Shown here piece after piece: positions 51,312-63,873 of a stretch of DNA of 64,000 nt. Source of the DNA: Octopus sinensis (lineage: Eukaryota); contig NC_042999.1 in assembly GCF_006345805.1 (NCBI RefSeq), positions 14,136,001 to 14,200,000 on the forward strand. The letters are read 5' to 3'. Both the position numbers and the translations under genes were made by a program. How positions within the stretch are numbered: position 1 is the stretch's first letter; each line of letters starts with the position of its first letter. The notes under the pieces are model-generated. The model did no database searches. It was not told where the DNA came from and worked only from the letters and a program-made list of their open reading frames with translations.

Positions 51312-51360
51312 GTGGGGTTTGGGTTAGAGTTAGGATTAGGGTTTGTACCGAAAGATCGCC
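51183..51360. mobile_element. Merlin-like MITE, family 1 (178 bp)
   Basis: 18-bp TIR GG(T/C)GATCTTTCGGTACAA; perfect 8-bp TSD gggtaatg (51175-51182 and 51361-51368). Confidence 0.85.
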
Positions 51361-51527
51361 GGGTAATGCTTCCTAACGGGATGAGTTGAATCGTTTATTA
51401 AGATACACAGTCAATTTCTTTATTAACCATGAGGTTAAGAAAAAAGAGGGGACGATACGAGGACAGACAAAACAGACATTGGGGTCAGGGTATCGAATGA
51501 GACGAAAGGTATGAATAAACAAACAAA

Positions 51528-52030
51528 ATTATTTCTTTACTGCCAACAAGGGGCTACACACAGAGGGGACAAACAAGGACAGACAAAGGGATTAAGTCGA
51601 TTATATCGACCCCAGTGCGTAACTGGTACTTATTTAATCGACCCCGAAAGGATGAAAGGCAAAGTCGACCTCGGCGGAATTAAATATATACAATTAAATG
51701 AGAATGAGTGATTTACAAAAAATGAAGCGGAGGTCGACGGTGAGTTACTAAATATATAAACAGAAAAAGAGAAAAAGAAGAGGATGAAAAATTGGTGTCG
51801 GTATAGGGTGCTTTATATCTATTTCTTTACTACTCACAAGGGGCTTAACATAGAAGGGACAAACAAGGACAGACATAGGTATTAAGTCGATTACATCGAC
51901 CCCAGTGCGTAACAGGTACTTAATTTATCGACCCCGAAAGGATGAAAGGCAAAGTCGACCTCGGCGGAATTGGAACTCACAACGTTGCGACAGACGAAAT
52001 ACCGCATAGTATTTCGCCCGGCGTGCTAGC
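51528..52030 (-). mobile_element. Two young SINE A1 copies (51528-51680 and 51820-52030)
   Basis: Near-consensus with CpGs intact. Confidence 0.9.
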
Positions 52031-52118
52031 ATTTCTGCCAGCTCGCCATATCTAGCCATTTACATTTTAGTGCGCAGTCTAACACTAACCCTAATCTTAA
52101 CCCAGATCAGGTCATTCC

Positions 52119-52373
52119 GGTACTACTTAAAAAGAGTGGTCCCGGTGCACGCACTCGCATACTCGCGCATCCGCGCTAGCTAGTCGTGACTAGTCGATCC
52201 TACAACGACTACCAAGCAAAGTATATAAAACACAAAATAAATATTTTTTTTTACACAAAATAAATAATTGTTTTAAACAAAATAAATAAAACAAAGACAC
52301 AAAGTAAGGATCGACTAGTCACGACTAGCGAGCATGGATGCACGAGTGCGCGCACCTCTTCTTAAGTAGTACC
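52119..52373. mobile_element. Foldback MITE, family 2, copy 1 (Merlin- or MULE-like)
   Basis: TIR GGTACTACTTAA(A/G)AAGA plus ~55-bp subterminal inverted repeat; degenerate 9-bp TSD (6/9). Confidence 0.8.
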
Positions 52374-52569
52374 GATCATTTTATTGTGTAGACTACAAGA
52401 TACTACGATGGACCGCACGAAAAACCTTTCTCCTGTGCATGGAGAAAAGTGGTGGCTTTTTAACCATGAACGTCTTTGATTCCTTTTTAACTTTACTGGA
52501 CCTCCATCGTTATTTGATGTTTTAAATAAAATCAATCATTTTTATTATTAAATACTATTAGAAATTGTA

Positions 52570-52922
52570 TAAGATAAGTGTTGAAAAAATTTGAGTATTG
52601 TAGAAGTATATGTGTTTATTTTATGCGCCCTTTTCAAGCCTAGCCAGGCTCAAGGGCCCGGTTTCCCGGTTTCTGTGGCGTATGTGTTTCCCCCAGCTGG
52701 ACGGGACACCAGTCAATTGCAGCATAACTCAAGAAACAGGAAGAGAGAGCGAGAAAGTTGGGCGAAAGAATACAACAGGGGTCGCACCACCCCCTGCCGG
52801 AGCTTCATGGAACTTTAGGTGTTTTCGCTCAATAAACACACACAACGCCCGGTCTGGGAATTGAAACCGCGATCCTCCGACCGCAACTCCGCTGCCCTAA
52901 CCACTGGGCCATTGCGCCTCCA
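52570..52922 (-). mobile_element. tRNA(Arg)-derived SINE, family C head with a different 3' half
   Basis: 5' half matches 60686; 3' half gactggtgtcccgtccagctgggg...cagaaaccggga differs. Confidence 0.8.
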
Positions 52923-53385
52923 TATATGTGTTTTATTGCTCATAAATTTTAACAACAGAATCCGATATGGTCCCCACAAGGGCCAAATGGACCCCGGTCG
53001 GGAACCACAGCGCTCAACAAAGAAAATAGCATGCATGAACGGAAACCTTATTCTGAAATGAGGAAAATGGAGAAAAGCAAACACAAAAAATATTCCCCTA
53101 AGCTATGTGTTACTGAGGAATTAAACTTAATCTTATTTAATGGGTCATCGCTCGATCAACTGGGCGATTGATAACCTGCCATCAAGCTTAGATCAGTGGA
53201 TTTTGGTGACGATGATTTCATGAGCAATGTCTAGAAACCGAATAGAGATGCTTTTCTTTTATCAATGATTTGTTTGAGTCAATGGACAGCGGCTTTGCTG
53301 GGGCATCATATTGAAAGTATTTCATACGAACGAATCGATCCTAGTACTTATGTTTTTTTTTTCTTTTTAACTCTAAAACTTATTC

Positions 53386-53647
53386 GGTACTACTTAAGAA
53401 GAGTGGTCCCGGTGCGTGCACTCGCGTACTCGCGCATCCGCGCTAGCTAGTCGTAACCAGTCGATCCTTTGTGTTTTTGTGTTTTATTTACTTTGTTTAA
53501 GAAATTATTTACTTTGTGTTTTTCTGTTTTATTTACTTTGTTTTAAAAAAATATTTACTTTGTGTAGTCGTTGTAGGATCGACTAGTCATGACTAGCTAG
53601 CGCAGATGCGCGAGTACGCGTGTGCGCGCATCTTCTTAAGTAGTACC
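53386..53647. mobile_element. Foldback MITE, family 2, copy 2, inserted into a SINE B
   Basis: 17-bp perfect TIR; perfect 9-bp TSD aacttattc (53377-53385 and 53648-53656); core is inverted relative to copy 1. Confidence 0.88.
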
Positions 53648-54370
53648 AACTTATTCTATTTTTTGACGAACCGCTAAGCTGTGGGATAAACAGATCAACA
53701 CCGAATGTCAAGCAGTGTATGTGTGTGTCTGTGTGTGTGCATGCGAGGCAAACACAAACAGTCAGACACACGCGCATGCGCACGCACACACACACACATA
53801 TATATATATGCGTACACACACACATGTATGTATGTGTGTATACACATTCGCACGCACACACACACATTATTATGTCTGGAGAGAGTCGTTCTCTTTTAAT
53901 ACCTTATTAACATACACACACCGGTTCGATTTCCACTCGTTTACTTAATTATTTTTGTCTAATATTTTCGTTGCCTCTTGCGACCTTTTCAATAGTCGTT
54001 GACTCTGTCCGTTATCGGAGCTGTGATAGTCAACGACTATTGAATCGGTTGCAAGATGCAACGAAAATTTTAGAAAAAGTAAATAAGTAAATGAGTGGAA
54101 ATCGAACCGGTGAGTGTGTTAAATAATAAGGTATTAAAAGAGAAGGTCTCTCTCCAGACACAATGAAATATGCTTCAACACACAAATTCGCACAAAGAAT
54201 CTTGCCAATCAAATACAGAAACGAAATATATTTTCTTTGTTTCAACATCCACGGAAATAGCAACTTCTCTCTCTCTATCTTTTTATATATGTATATTTGA
54301 ATTTGCCACCAGGCAGACATGTGTTGAAACCTGTTAAGGAAGTTTAGCTTCCTTTCACTCTTGTTATATA

Positions 54371-54720
54371 TCTATATATATAAAACTCAACTTGTGTGTC
54401 TGTGTGTTTAACTTCCCGGCACATCTCCTCCTAGCCAACAAATCGTAGAACCACCAAAAATGGGTCACTTAAAGTTTAGGCGAATGAAAATTGAACTGCG
54501 CTATTTCTGTTCTGAAATTCATCTCGCAAGTGCAAAAATCGATAATGTGTTTGTTTAGGCCTTATCCCATGCATTGAATAGTGAACTTTACTCAGTCAGC
54601 TGTTTGATGTGCACTGTGTTCACCACGCGTGCAAGCATGCGTAAATTGCATGAAAAATAAAAAAATCAAGATATAAAAACGAATCATGTAGAAATGTAGA
54701 AATTCGGCAAAGAAATGAAT
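54371..54720 (+). mobile_element. Possible Helitron-like non-autonomous element, 5' portion
   Basis: a|tctatatatataaaactcaacttgtgtgtctgtgtgttt start; 3' end not identified. Confidence 0.3.
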
Positions 54721-54806
54721 TTTCGGGATGTATATATTGTTTGTTATTTATGTATTGGTTTATGTCTATCACTGTTTGAGTTGCATAATAGTGGTTTTAT
54801 CTCTAA

Positions 54807-54846
<40 letters not shown>

Positions 54847-54855
54847 CACCCCTTC

Positions 54856-54895
<40 letters not shown>

Positions 54896-55426
54896 GAAGG
54901 GGTTCTTTCAGTTTACGTCTACCAAATCCACTCACAAGACTGGAAGATGGTAGGGGTTCACTCCCCTGCTTGCCATATATATCGGGTGCAGATTGCATCA
55001 ATAACCAGCTGGAGGAGCGTCCTCCTGGGGATTAAAATGATAACATCAGTTCCCACGGAATAGCCATGTTGAAGTGGCGATAAACATCACTTTTCAGTAT
55101 AGTTACAGCTTTCATCTCTTATAGAGATTTTCTAACTAGCTTCTTTGCTTCTTATAATTAAAACTTTTCACCATATATTGACCATAGAAAATAATCTAAT
55201 ACCAGGGGATATAAATCCTTGACGGGAAATAATGGAGATTAGTACACGCGGGAATCGATTCCTTTGCGAACTAATGCCAATTTTTTCTTTTCAGTCTGGG
55301 GTTTAAATATCCTAGTATTGTATTAAACAATTCACTGTAGTCGATATACGGTGAAAACTAATTAATTATATTTACAAAATTTCCACTCGTTACCGTTTCT
55401 TAACTTAGGCAATATATATATGCTGC

Positions 55427-55467
<41 letters not shown>

Positions 55468-55470
<3 letters not shown>

Positions 55471-55830
55471 AGGCGCAATGGCCCAGTGGTTAGGGCAGCG
55501 GACTCGCAGTTTCGATTCCCAGACCGGGTGTTGTGAGTGTTTATTGAGCGAAAACACGTAAAGCTCCACGATGCTCCGGCAGAGGATGGGTGGCGAACCC
55601 TGCTGTACTCTTTCACCACAACGTTCTCTCACTCTTTTTTCCTGTTTCTGTTGTACCTGCATTTCAAAGGGGCCAGCCTTGTCACACTCTGTGTCACGCT
55701 GAATCTCCCCGAGAACTATGTTATGGGTACACGTGTCTGTGGAGTGCTCAGCCACTTGCAGGCTGGTCCGTTGATAGGATCAACTGGAACCCTCGTCGTC
55801 GTAACCGACGGATTGCCACAACGATATATA
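55468..55830 (+). mobile_element. SINE family C (OR-like)
   Basis: Matches 60686-61064 with small deletions. Confidence 0.88.
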
Positions 55831-56296
55831 GCTATCTATCAAAGGCGATGCCAGGTCATCAGCGTCACTAGGGCTCATCACAGATTTTGCATAAGACACA
55901 GGCCTGCTAGAAGAATTTCACGTTTTTCCGCAATATATTTAGCCCCAAATGGTTTATTATTTTATATCAAGCACTATGTCATTCTCCATTTCTAAGGGTA
56001 AAAATGAAGCAACCCTACAAAACACAACTGATCTTTACACGCAGACGCACAGAATAACAGCAATCAAATAACAACAGCGGAGTACACAGCATACATCAGC
56101 GATCTGACTGTCGTCTACACCTGCCATGTTCGTTCGTATTAGTCCGAGTTGCTGGATTATTTTCCGTTCCTTTAAGAATATTGTAGAACGGAAACATTTC
56201 ATAGACTGGAATTTAAATCCTAATCTCTATAGAAATTGTTTGTTTCAAAAAAACATTGAATTTGAATTACTTTTAATTTGTATGGTTATAGGTAAG

Positions 56297-56460
56297 TTTA
56301 TTTATTGGCCACACAGGGCTGCATACAGATGGAACAAGTTACAAGGTAGAGCTTTTCTTTTGGGGGATGAAAAAAACAAAAAACAAAAGAAACAAAAAAA
56401 GGGGGGTGGCGTAGGTTTTCGATCAAGAGGGATCGTAAAAGGGAAGAAAAGAACAAAAAA
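56297..56460 (-). mobile_element. Tx1 LINE 3'UTR-only copy
   Basis: Matches 44797-44945 (ggccacacagggctgca.acagat.gaacaa.ttacaaggtag). Confidence 0.85.
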
Positions 56461-56572
56461 ATAATGTAGTGGCGGTTTTTTTGACTATTTATTAAAATTT
56501 TATGTATTGATTAAGTCTTTCCTTGTTTGTTTTGCAAAATAGTGGTTTTGTCTCTAATAATATTCTATATAT

Positions 56573-56622
<50 letters not shown>

Positions 56623-57107
56623 TGTTTACACGCGACGAACTTCTACACAGTTTCCGTCTACCGCGTTTACTCACAAAGTGTTGGTCATCCCGGGGCTATA
56701 GTAGAAGACACTTGCCGAAGGTGATGCGTCGTGAACTAAACGCAATACCACATGGTTGGGAAGCGAGCTTCTTAACCACATTGCATAAACTTTTTCTTTT
56801 GATTTGTTTCAAACTAGTTCCATATTGATGGTGTGTGATAACATCATCAGAGACCAAAATCTATGTATTTTAACTGAAATGGCATTAACCGTCTTAGGCC
56901 GTTCTCTTCCCATCATAAAGAAGGAACAACAAAACAAATATCATTGGTATCAATACTAATAACAAATCCCATTAGCAATAACAAAATCAGCAAGTACGAC
57001 AATTCCATTGTTTCTAATATAAACAGCATAGCATAAAAAATAATGCAATATATAGATAATTAAAACCACAGGAAAATTGCATGCACTTACTCTTTAAAGT
57101 AAAGTTA

Positions 57108-59938
57108 TCAATGAGAAACATGCGCTTGATGTTTTTTGGAAACGTTTTCAATACTGGGACATATTTGAGAAAGACACCCCCTCATTTCTTCTTCGATGGA
57201 ACGGAGCCTCTCTCTTGTTTTGGAATTTGATGTTATCGAGGATTGAAAATCTCAAATCACATAAACACAGTGTGAAAAACTGCATTGAAACGGATATGGC
57301 TTTTTTTGCCACTGAGGGGGATCCTCCTATAATAGCAATCCAAAATGTATCAATAGATAACTCAGCATACTTGATTTTTAAGTTCGCGATTCCTGGATAT
57401 AGATGCCAATTCCTCTTCTTCACATATTTTCTGATAGAATTTTTATGAAGAGATTCCGAACCCAATCATACATTCCTGTGTTAAATGACGGAAAATAAAA
57501 GTTTATTTTTTCTTCCAGATTTGTCAAATGTTCGAATACAATAGGAGTCATTTGTTTTATGCAGCTTTTACGTATTAAGGGAAACATTTCGAAGTTACCA
57601 CCTTCAGCTCTATTTTTCCAAATTACAACTTACTTTTTAAAGGAAACCAGCTTATCTGTCGCAGTGAGAATGTTTTCATCTCTACCTTGCAACTTGTCTT
57701 GATGCTATTAAGTTTTGCAAATATCTCTGTTAAAATATTCCAGTTTGGAAACCCAAAATTCACATGGTAGATATTCCAAGAAGCGTTCCAAATTTTTCTT
57801 CTTTAAAAAATGCATGCAATTCCTTCTGGAGTTCAAGAATGCGACATAGCATCTTACCTTTTGTGTGTAAAGGTAAGCGCTTGTTCTGGGAATCCATATC
57901 AACACAATTTAGTTCAAATAAGCGACACTTTAACGTCCTAATTTTAATATAATTAACCATTTTCTCATGCTGGAGCACCGCCTATAGTCGAGCAAATCGA
58001 CCCCAGGACTTATTCTTTGTAAGCATAGTACTTATTCTATCGGTTTCTTTTGCCGAACTGCTAGTTTACGAGGACGTAAACACACCAGCATCGGTTGTCA
58101 AGCGATGTGGGGGGGGGGACATAGACACACAAACATATACACACACATACATATATATATATATACGACGGGATTCTTTTAGTTTCCATCTATCAAATCC
58201 ACTCACAAGGCTTTGGTCGGCCCGAGGCTATAGTAGAAGACACTTGCCCAAGATGCCACGCAGTGTGACTGAACCCGGAACCATGTGGTTGGTAAGTAAG
58301 CTACTTACCACACAGCTACTCCTGCGCCTATCAACAACTTGGTTTAATACTTGTTTTAATTCGGCTGGTATTGTTTTTGAAACTAGTATCTCCCTATGTA
58401 TGAATCAATTATTACGTGTAACATTAGGATTTTGCTGTTGTACGAGCAATATAAAACCTTTAATAGAGCCTATCATAAAGATGGTGCCCCATCGGTATAT
58501 ATTCCAATACATGAATTCCAGGATAAATTCCATTTTATGAGGTAGGCAGAGAAAATGTCAAAAATATCTTGATCTCTTGTAGTGAGTGGCATTTCTTCGC
58601 AACAAAAGAACTGATTTATGATTTGGTTACCATCAACAAAGCGAATAAATGTAAGCAATTGTGCTTTGTTGCTAATGTCATCTGATTCATCAAGCAGTGG
58701 AATAAATTCTAAGTTCTGAAGTTTGTTCTGTACATTTTCCTCTGTGTCAGCAGATAAATCCATAATTCTCCAATGGATTGTATTATTTGAGAGCGGAATC
58801 CTACTTATTTCTTGTTCGGCTTCATCATCTAACATGATTTTAACCATCTTTCTATAAGCGGGAAAGGTAATCGACTCGGTTAGAGTATGCAATTTCGTTT
58901 GTAGTGCCATCATTTCGGCTATCTCAATAAACGCAACTTGAGCCTTTTCAGAAGCATTTATCCTTTTCTCAAAATAGTTTCTAGCAGTCTTTGGAAATAA
59001 TTCAGATCTTTACATTGAAGATGTGAGTGTTTAGCTGTAAAATGTCTTTTCAACTTGCTAGGCAACATGCCTTCGTTAGACATCTTTTCACCACAAACAG
59101 CACACAGCAGAAGAGGTTGACCCTCATTGCCAGTCCAATGAAACCCGAACTTCAAATAGCTATTGTAATATTTACGATTGGGTCGAGCTTTCGCATTATA
59201 ATCACTACGCTTAGTTGCTTTTGACGAACGTTTACTTTCAGATTCATAACCGTTACGGTTATGTCTTCTCTTAGTAAACTTTTCCATTTTATGGTAATTT
59301 AGTCTGTTCATATGCATTGCCTGGCACAAAGTGCACATATTACTAACAGAGTCAAACTGAGACTGAAACAAGTGACCAGTGAACTGTGAAAAGTGGAAGC
59401 GTATCACATCTTATTGGACTCTTTTGAGAAGTCTTTCAAAATTAATTGAAAAGATGAAAACTCTCACCACTATATGAATGAAAAAAATTGAAATACAGCC
59501 GCAATACGTGAGGAGGTATTAAAAGATTTAGTTCAACATCGTATATTTTAGTTCAATAGTTTATTTTTCACGTTTATTATTGAATTGAAAACTACTGAGG
59601 TTACAACCGAAATAAACTGAAACATAGCCATGCACTGAATATGTCCATAAGACATCAATTTCGAGGATAGATTGATGTTAATTTAGTTCTTATCCTTATG
59701 AAATTTCAGATTCAAAATTGAATAACATTATCATACCATGATTAACCTAAATGAATTGAATGACACAACCACCTCTCTTCTTAGTTTAGAACTTAGAATT
59801 TTATTTTTTGCTACTTTGACATTTGTATATGAACTTTATAATGAATTTCGGTTTGTACTTTCCATATTTTGAAATATAATCTTACTTTTTCGAGGTGCAC
59901 CTAAACACATCTTGCGGTGCACGGTTTGGGAACCACTG
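57108..59938 (-). mobile_element. Decayed Buster/Charlie-type hAT transposon (transposase pseudogene), interrupted by SINE B at 57965-58328
   Basis: BED finger CAVCGEKMSNEGMLPSKLKRHF, LDESDDI, TDGAPS, FIHRE, C-terminal KHQAHVSH* (stop at 57108-57110); one TIR CAGTGGTTCCCAAAC at 59924-59938; other TIR not found. Confidence 0.88.
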
Positions 59939-60200
59939 GGCCAAATCCTCATTAACTTTTTCAAGTTTTACTGGAAAAGGAGAGTGGGAGCAGAAAGAGA
60001 GAGGTACTGCCTCTCAGTAAATTTATTTTAAGGTAGATGAGGGTGGCGAACATGGTCCAAGCGAACAGGTATATTCTACACCTGTAGATTGCAGAAGGAC
60101 AACAGAGAGGTTTCCTGTTTTAGTGATCATGGTAACTGGTTTTGTGGGGTTTCCACGACCATCCTTCGGAAATCTACCTCTTTTGGGGATTTGTTCATTA

Positions 60201-61153
60201 CGAGACCTGATCAAAAAGTATCGGCACTGTTGCCGTGGTAGTGGAGCTAAAGTACACAGAGTGAAGCCGCTTGGCACAAAGTGACTTTGAATCTGTCGTA
60301 CATGCTCACTAAATTATAACATTCTCATTCATTGCTGTTGTTTTTAGTTGTGCTTGGAAGTAAAGTGTGTAGAGTGCGGTCGTCTCGAAAAGAAGATTGG
60401 GTTTCAGATGCGCAGGATCTTGATTGTGTCGAGGAAGACAAAAACTCTTTGTAAACGATTATAGTAGGTGACGAAGCGTGGATCTATGGCTATGAGCCCG
60501 AAACTGAGGCTCAGTCTTCGTAGTGGAAGACTCCAATTAATTAGATTCCAAGACGTCGAGGAAATCCAAGATAATGCGACGAGGCAGCAGCTCGTTATCC
60601 TCAAAACGGAATCCGACGAATGCTTCCATCAATGGAAACGGCGCTGGATAAAGTGTGTGGCTTCAGAAAGGAACTACCTCGAAGAGGCGCAATGGCCCAG
60701 TGGTTAGGGCAGCGGACTCGCGGTTGTAGGATCGCGGTTTCGATTCCCAGACCGGGCGTTGTGAGTGTTTATTGAACGAAAACACGTAAAGCTCCACGAA
60801 GCTCCGGCAGGGGATGGTGGTGATCCCTGCTGTACTCTTTCACCACAACTTTCTCTCACTCTTACTTCCTGTTTCTGTTGTACCTGTATTTCAAAGGGCC
60901 GGCCTTGTCACTGTCTGTGTCACGCTGAATATCCCCGAGAACTACGTTAAGGGTACACGTGTCTGTGGAGTGCTCAGCCACTTACACGTTAACTTCACGA
61001 GCAGGTTGTTCCGTTGATTCGGATCAACCGGAACTCTCATCGTCGTAACCGACGGAGTGCTTCCACCACTTCGAAGAAAATTAAATGCCAAAATGATATA
61101 TGTTGCAGCTTTCTTTTGATAGCATCAGTCTCGATATTTTTCGATCAGACCGC
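60201..61153 (+). mobile_element. Internally deleted mariner relic
   Basis: TA plus left TIR cgagacctgatcaaaaagtatcgg; IIVGDEAWIYGYEPET and CFHQWKRRWIKCVAS motifs; degenerate right TIR at 61126-61153. Confidence 0.8.
60686..61064 (+). mobile_element. Full-length SINE family C inserted in the mariner C-terminus
   Basis: 13-bp TSD ac(t/c)ac(c/t)tcgaaga at 60673-60685 and 61065-61077. Confidence 0.9.
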
Positions 61154-61285
61154 AAATTTGGAATGTATTTTTTTCTTTGTTACCGTTTTCTCATTTTAAA
61201 ATGATCTTTTGTGTAATCCCTCATCGTAACGTTCTGTACCGTCTCCAATATTTTCTCGAACCGTTAGTGGTTAATAAAGAAAACA

Positions 61286-61350
<65 letters not shown>

Positions 61351-62920
61351 TTATAGAAACCTATGATTAAGTGATCCTAATAGTTGGCATCTGTTCAGAT
61401 GAAAGATTGCAGACTTTTATTTCTCATAGTCTAGTGCATCGTGAAAGAAAAGAGAAGATAACTTTTACGCAAAGTTTTTTTATTGTAGGCTTTTTTGGTT
61501 TTGTTTCTGTGGATTCATATTAATTATAATTCCATGCAACTAATTACTGGAAGACATTTTATCTATTGGCTTACTGTTTCTGCCAACTCACCACGTTCGA
61601 AAGAATAAGAAAAAAATTAACCACAATGCAATGCATATTACACATGCAGGCGCAAGTATATAAATATATGAGACATACATACAGGAAAGCACTGGAAAAC
61701 ACATACATAACATACTTTCAATACTACAGACATATACACATACATACATGCTCACTCACAGACGCGTGCATTCATACATGTACGTACCCACATTTACAAT
61801 AAATATATCATGCTGTGTGTTTTATACTCTCAAACACCATGGAGACGACGACCACTGATGATTCATAGGAATAAATAAAACCATATAGAAATAGAATAAC
61901 AATAATAATAGATGAAGTCGTCGGTGGTGATGAAGTTGGTGCTGGTGCTGGCGATGCTGTGCATGTCATCGATGATGATGATGATGATGATGAGAAATAA
62001 TGACTATTTTCCTTATCCCACAAAAGCTCTTGCTAATAAAAATAAGAGATTCTTGCAGTTAAAGGTTATAGTGAAAAAAATCCTTAGATCCTGCATATAT
62101 ATATATATATATATATATATGTAATATGTACAATACAGATACATATAAATACAATATATTTTCCAATGTTTTTTTACATTCTTAATTAAGTTACTGCTAT
62201 GTACTATAGAACATGTCTAAAGATTTAGTAACCAACACTGTGTCACGACGAATGTAGACATTACGTCTATACGATATGCTCATCATAAGCGACAGTGTAA
62301 TCACAAGGAAGGTACACTGCATGCCCATTGTTAAAGGGGTGCACTGGACATTGCCCCTTCACTATTCAATGGTGCATCCTCAGATTAACCCCACTTTAGT
62401 GATTCTGCTTTTGCATCATTACAAATTAGTGCCCACCAAGAATATCTTCAAGTACCTATTTCTTTACTGCCCACAAGGGGCTAAAAATGTAAACATAGGT
62501 GAAATACCTATTTCTTTACTACCCACAAGGGGCTAAACACAGAAGGGACAAACAATGACAGACAAACGGATTAAGTAGATTATATCGACCCCAGTGCGTA
62601 ACTGGTACTTAATTTATCGATCCCGAAAGGATGTGTAGCAATATCGTCTCTCATTGCTATCTTCACTGTTTGAGAAGAGTATTAAGAATGACCTCGGTCG
62701 AGATTACAAACAGCTTTGGCTAGTTCAACATTGTTGTAAACACTAATTCGATTGGCTGACACGTTGGTCTCTACTACGCTCGCACCGCTGGTTATAACTT
62801 GGCGCAAAATGTCTCGACTTATTTTCGCGCCATAGTCCAAGCAGCCAATCACAGCTTTCCATTTCTGAAGTTCACTGGGAGCCTGGTGAAGCTTATAAAT
62901 AAGGTTTCTCAGAAAAATAT

Positions 62921-63019
62921 TCGTCTTAGGTTTCTAGTTCTTCTCAGAGCTAAACCTCTGACCACACAGCTCGTCTTAGGCTTTTAGTTCTTTTAAGAGC
63001 TAAGTCTCTGACCACACAG
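62921..63019. repeat. 2 x 50-bp tandem repeat downstream of CCAAT/TATA-like motifs
   Basis: tcgtcttagg at 62921 and 62971. Confidence 0.85.
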
Positions 63020-63099
63020 AGATACTCGACCAAGTTCCAGTTTCGAGGCAGGCGACCACCATTAATACAAGATGTTACAGATACCTCTCATACTGTTAG

Positions 63100-63400
63100 T
63101 GTGAAATATCACCATGAAGAAAACGGTTACAGGATATCTATAACTAGAGAAAAATAACCAAGCAGAACATATAATGAAGAAGCAGCAAGAACCAATCGAC
63201 AAACATCGAAGATTTAAATTGTACACGAGACAACTACAGATTCAACTATAGCGGTTAGGTGAAATTCTCGCCACGAAGAAAACGGCTACAGAAACATGTC
63301 TGGAAGTATATTCATATCAAGAGAAAGATAAACACAACGAGTGATTCAATTAATCTCAACTGCGACACGCAATACCTTGATATAGAACTCTTACAGTGTA
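63100..63400 (+). pseudogene. Possible degenerate Penelope GIY-YIG C-terminal fragment
   Basis: Frameshifted NYRFNY...VKIL..HEENGYR...SIFISRE...IN resembles the PLE endonuclease tail; weak. Confidence 0.3.
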
Positions 63401-63761
63401 CCTCATAAACGGTAAATCAATTATCTGTTTCTTGGGTTCTAGATTCTTCTAAGAACTATCTTAAGCCATCTGTTATTACCTGTTGCCAAGCCGATACCAA
63501 CAACATGAACTGTGAATAGAATCCCATCGTCATTTCACTGGTCAGTACCTTTTCACGCCTAACGAACACACAGACACAAAAACATGCTAACACTTACGAA
63601 CTTCCAACATCAAGCATGATTGTAAAATATGTAAAATAAATAATGTATATATCTTAAAAAGAAAACTTGTTGTCATTGCAAACTTATGTGTATTGCCGCT
63701 GCATGTATTATATAGTCAGTAAATAAATTATTAAGAATAGGATCACGTTCTTATTTTTATA

Positions 63762-63873
63762 GATGAAAGGCAAAGTCGACTTCGGCGGAATTTGAACTCA
63801 GAACGTAACGGCAAACGAAATACTGCTAAGCATTTCGCCCGGCGTGCTAACGTTTCCGCCAGCTCACCGCCTT
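63762..63873 (-). mobile_element. SINE family A 5' fragment
   Basis: Near-consensus head. Confidence 0.85.

Noticed and set aside
51313-51343. Interstitial telomeric repeat
   Set aside because: Only about 5 degenerate units, located inside a TSD-flanked MITE.
60686-60750. tRNA-Arg gene (also 2296, 55468 and 52850)
   Set aside because: A/B boxes and a TCG-like anticodon are present, but there is no acceptor stem or terminator and the sequence continues into a SINE body.
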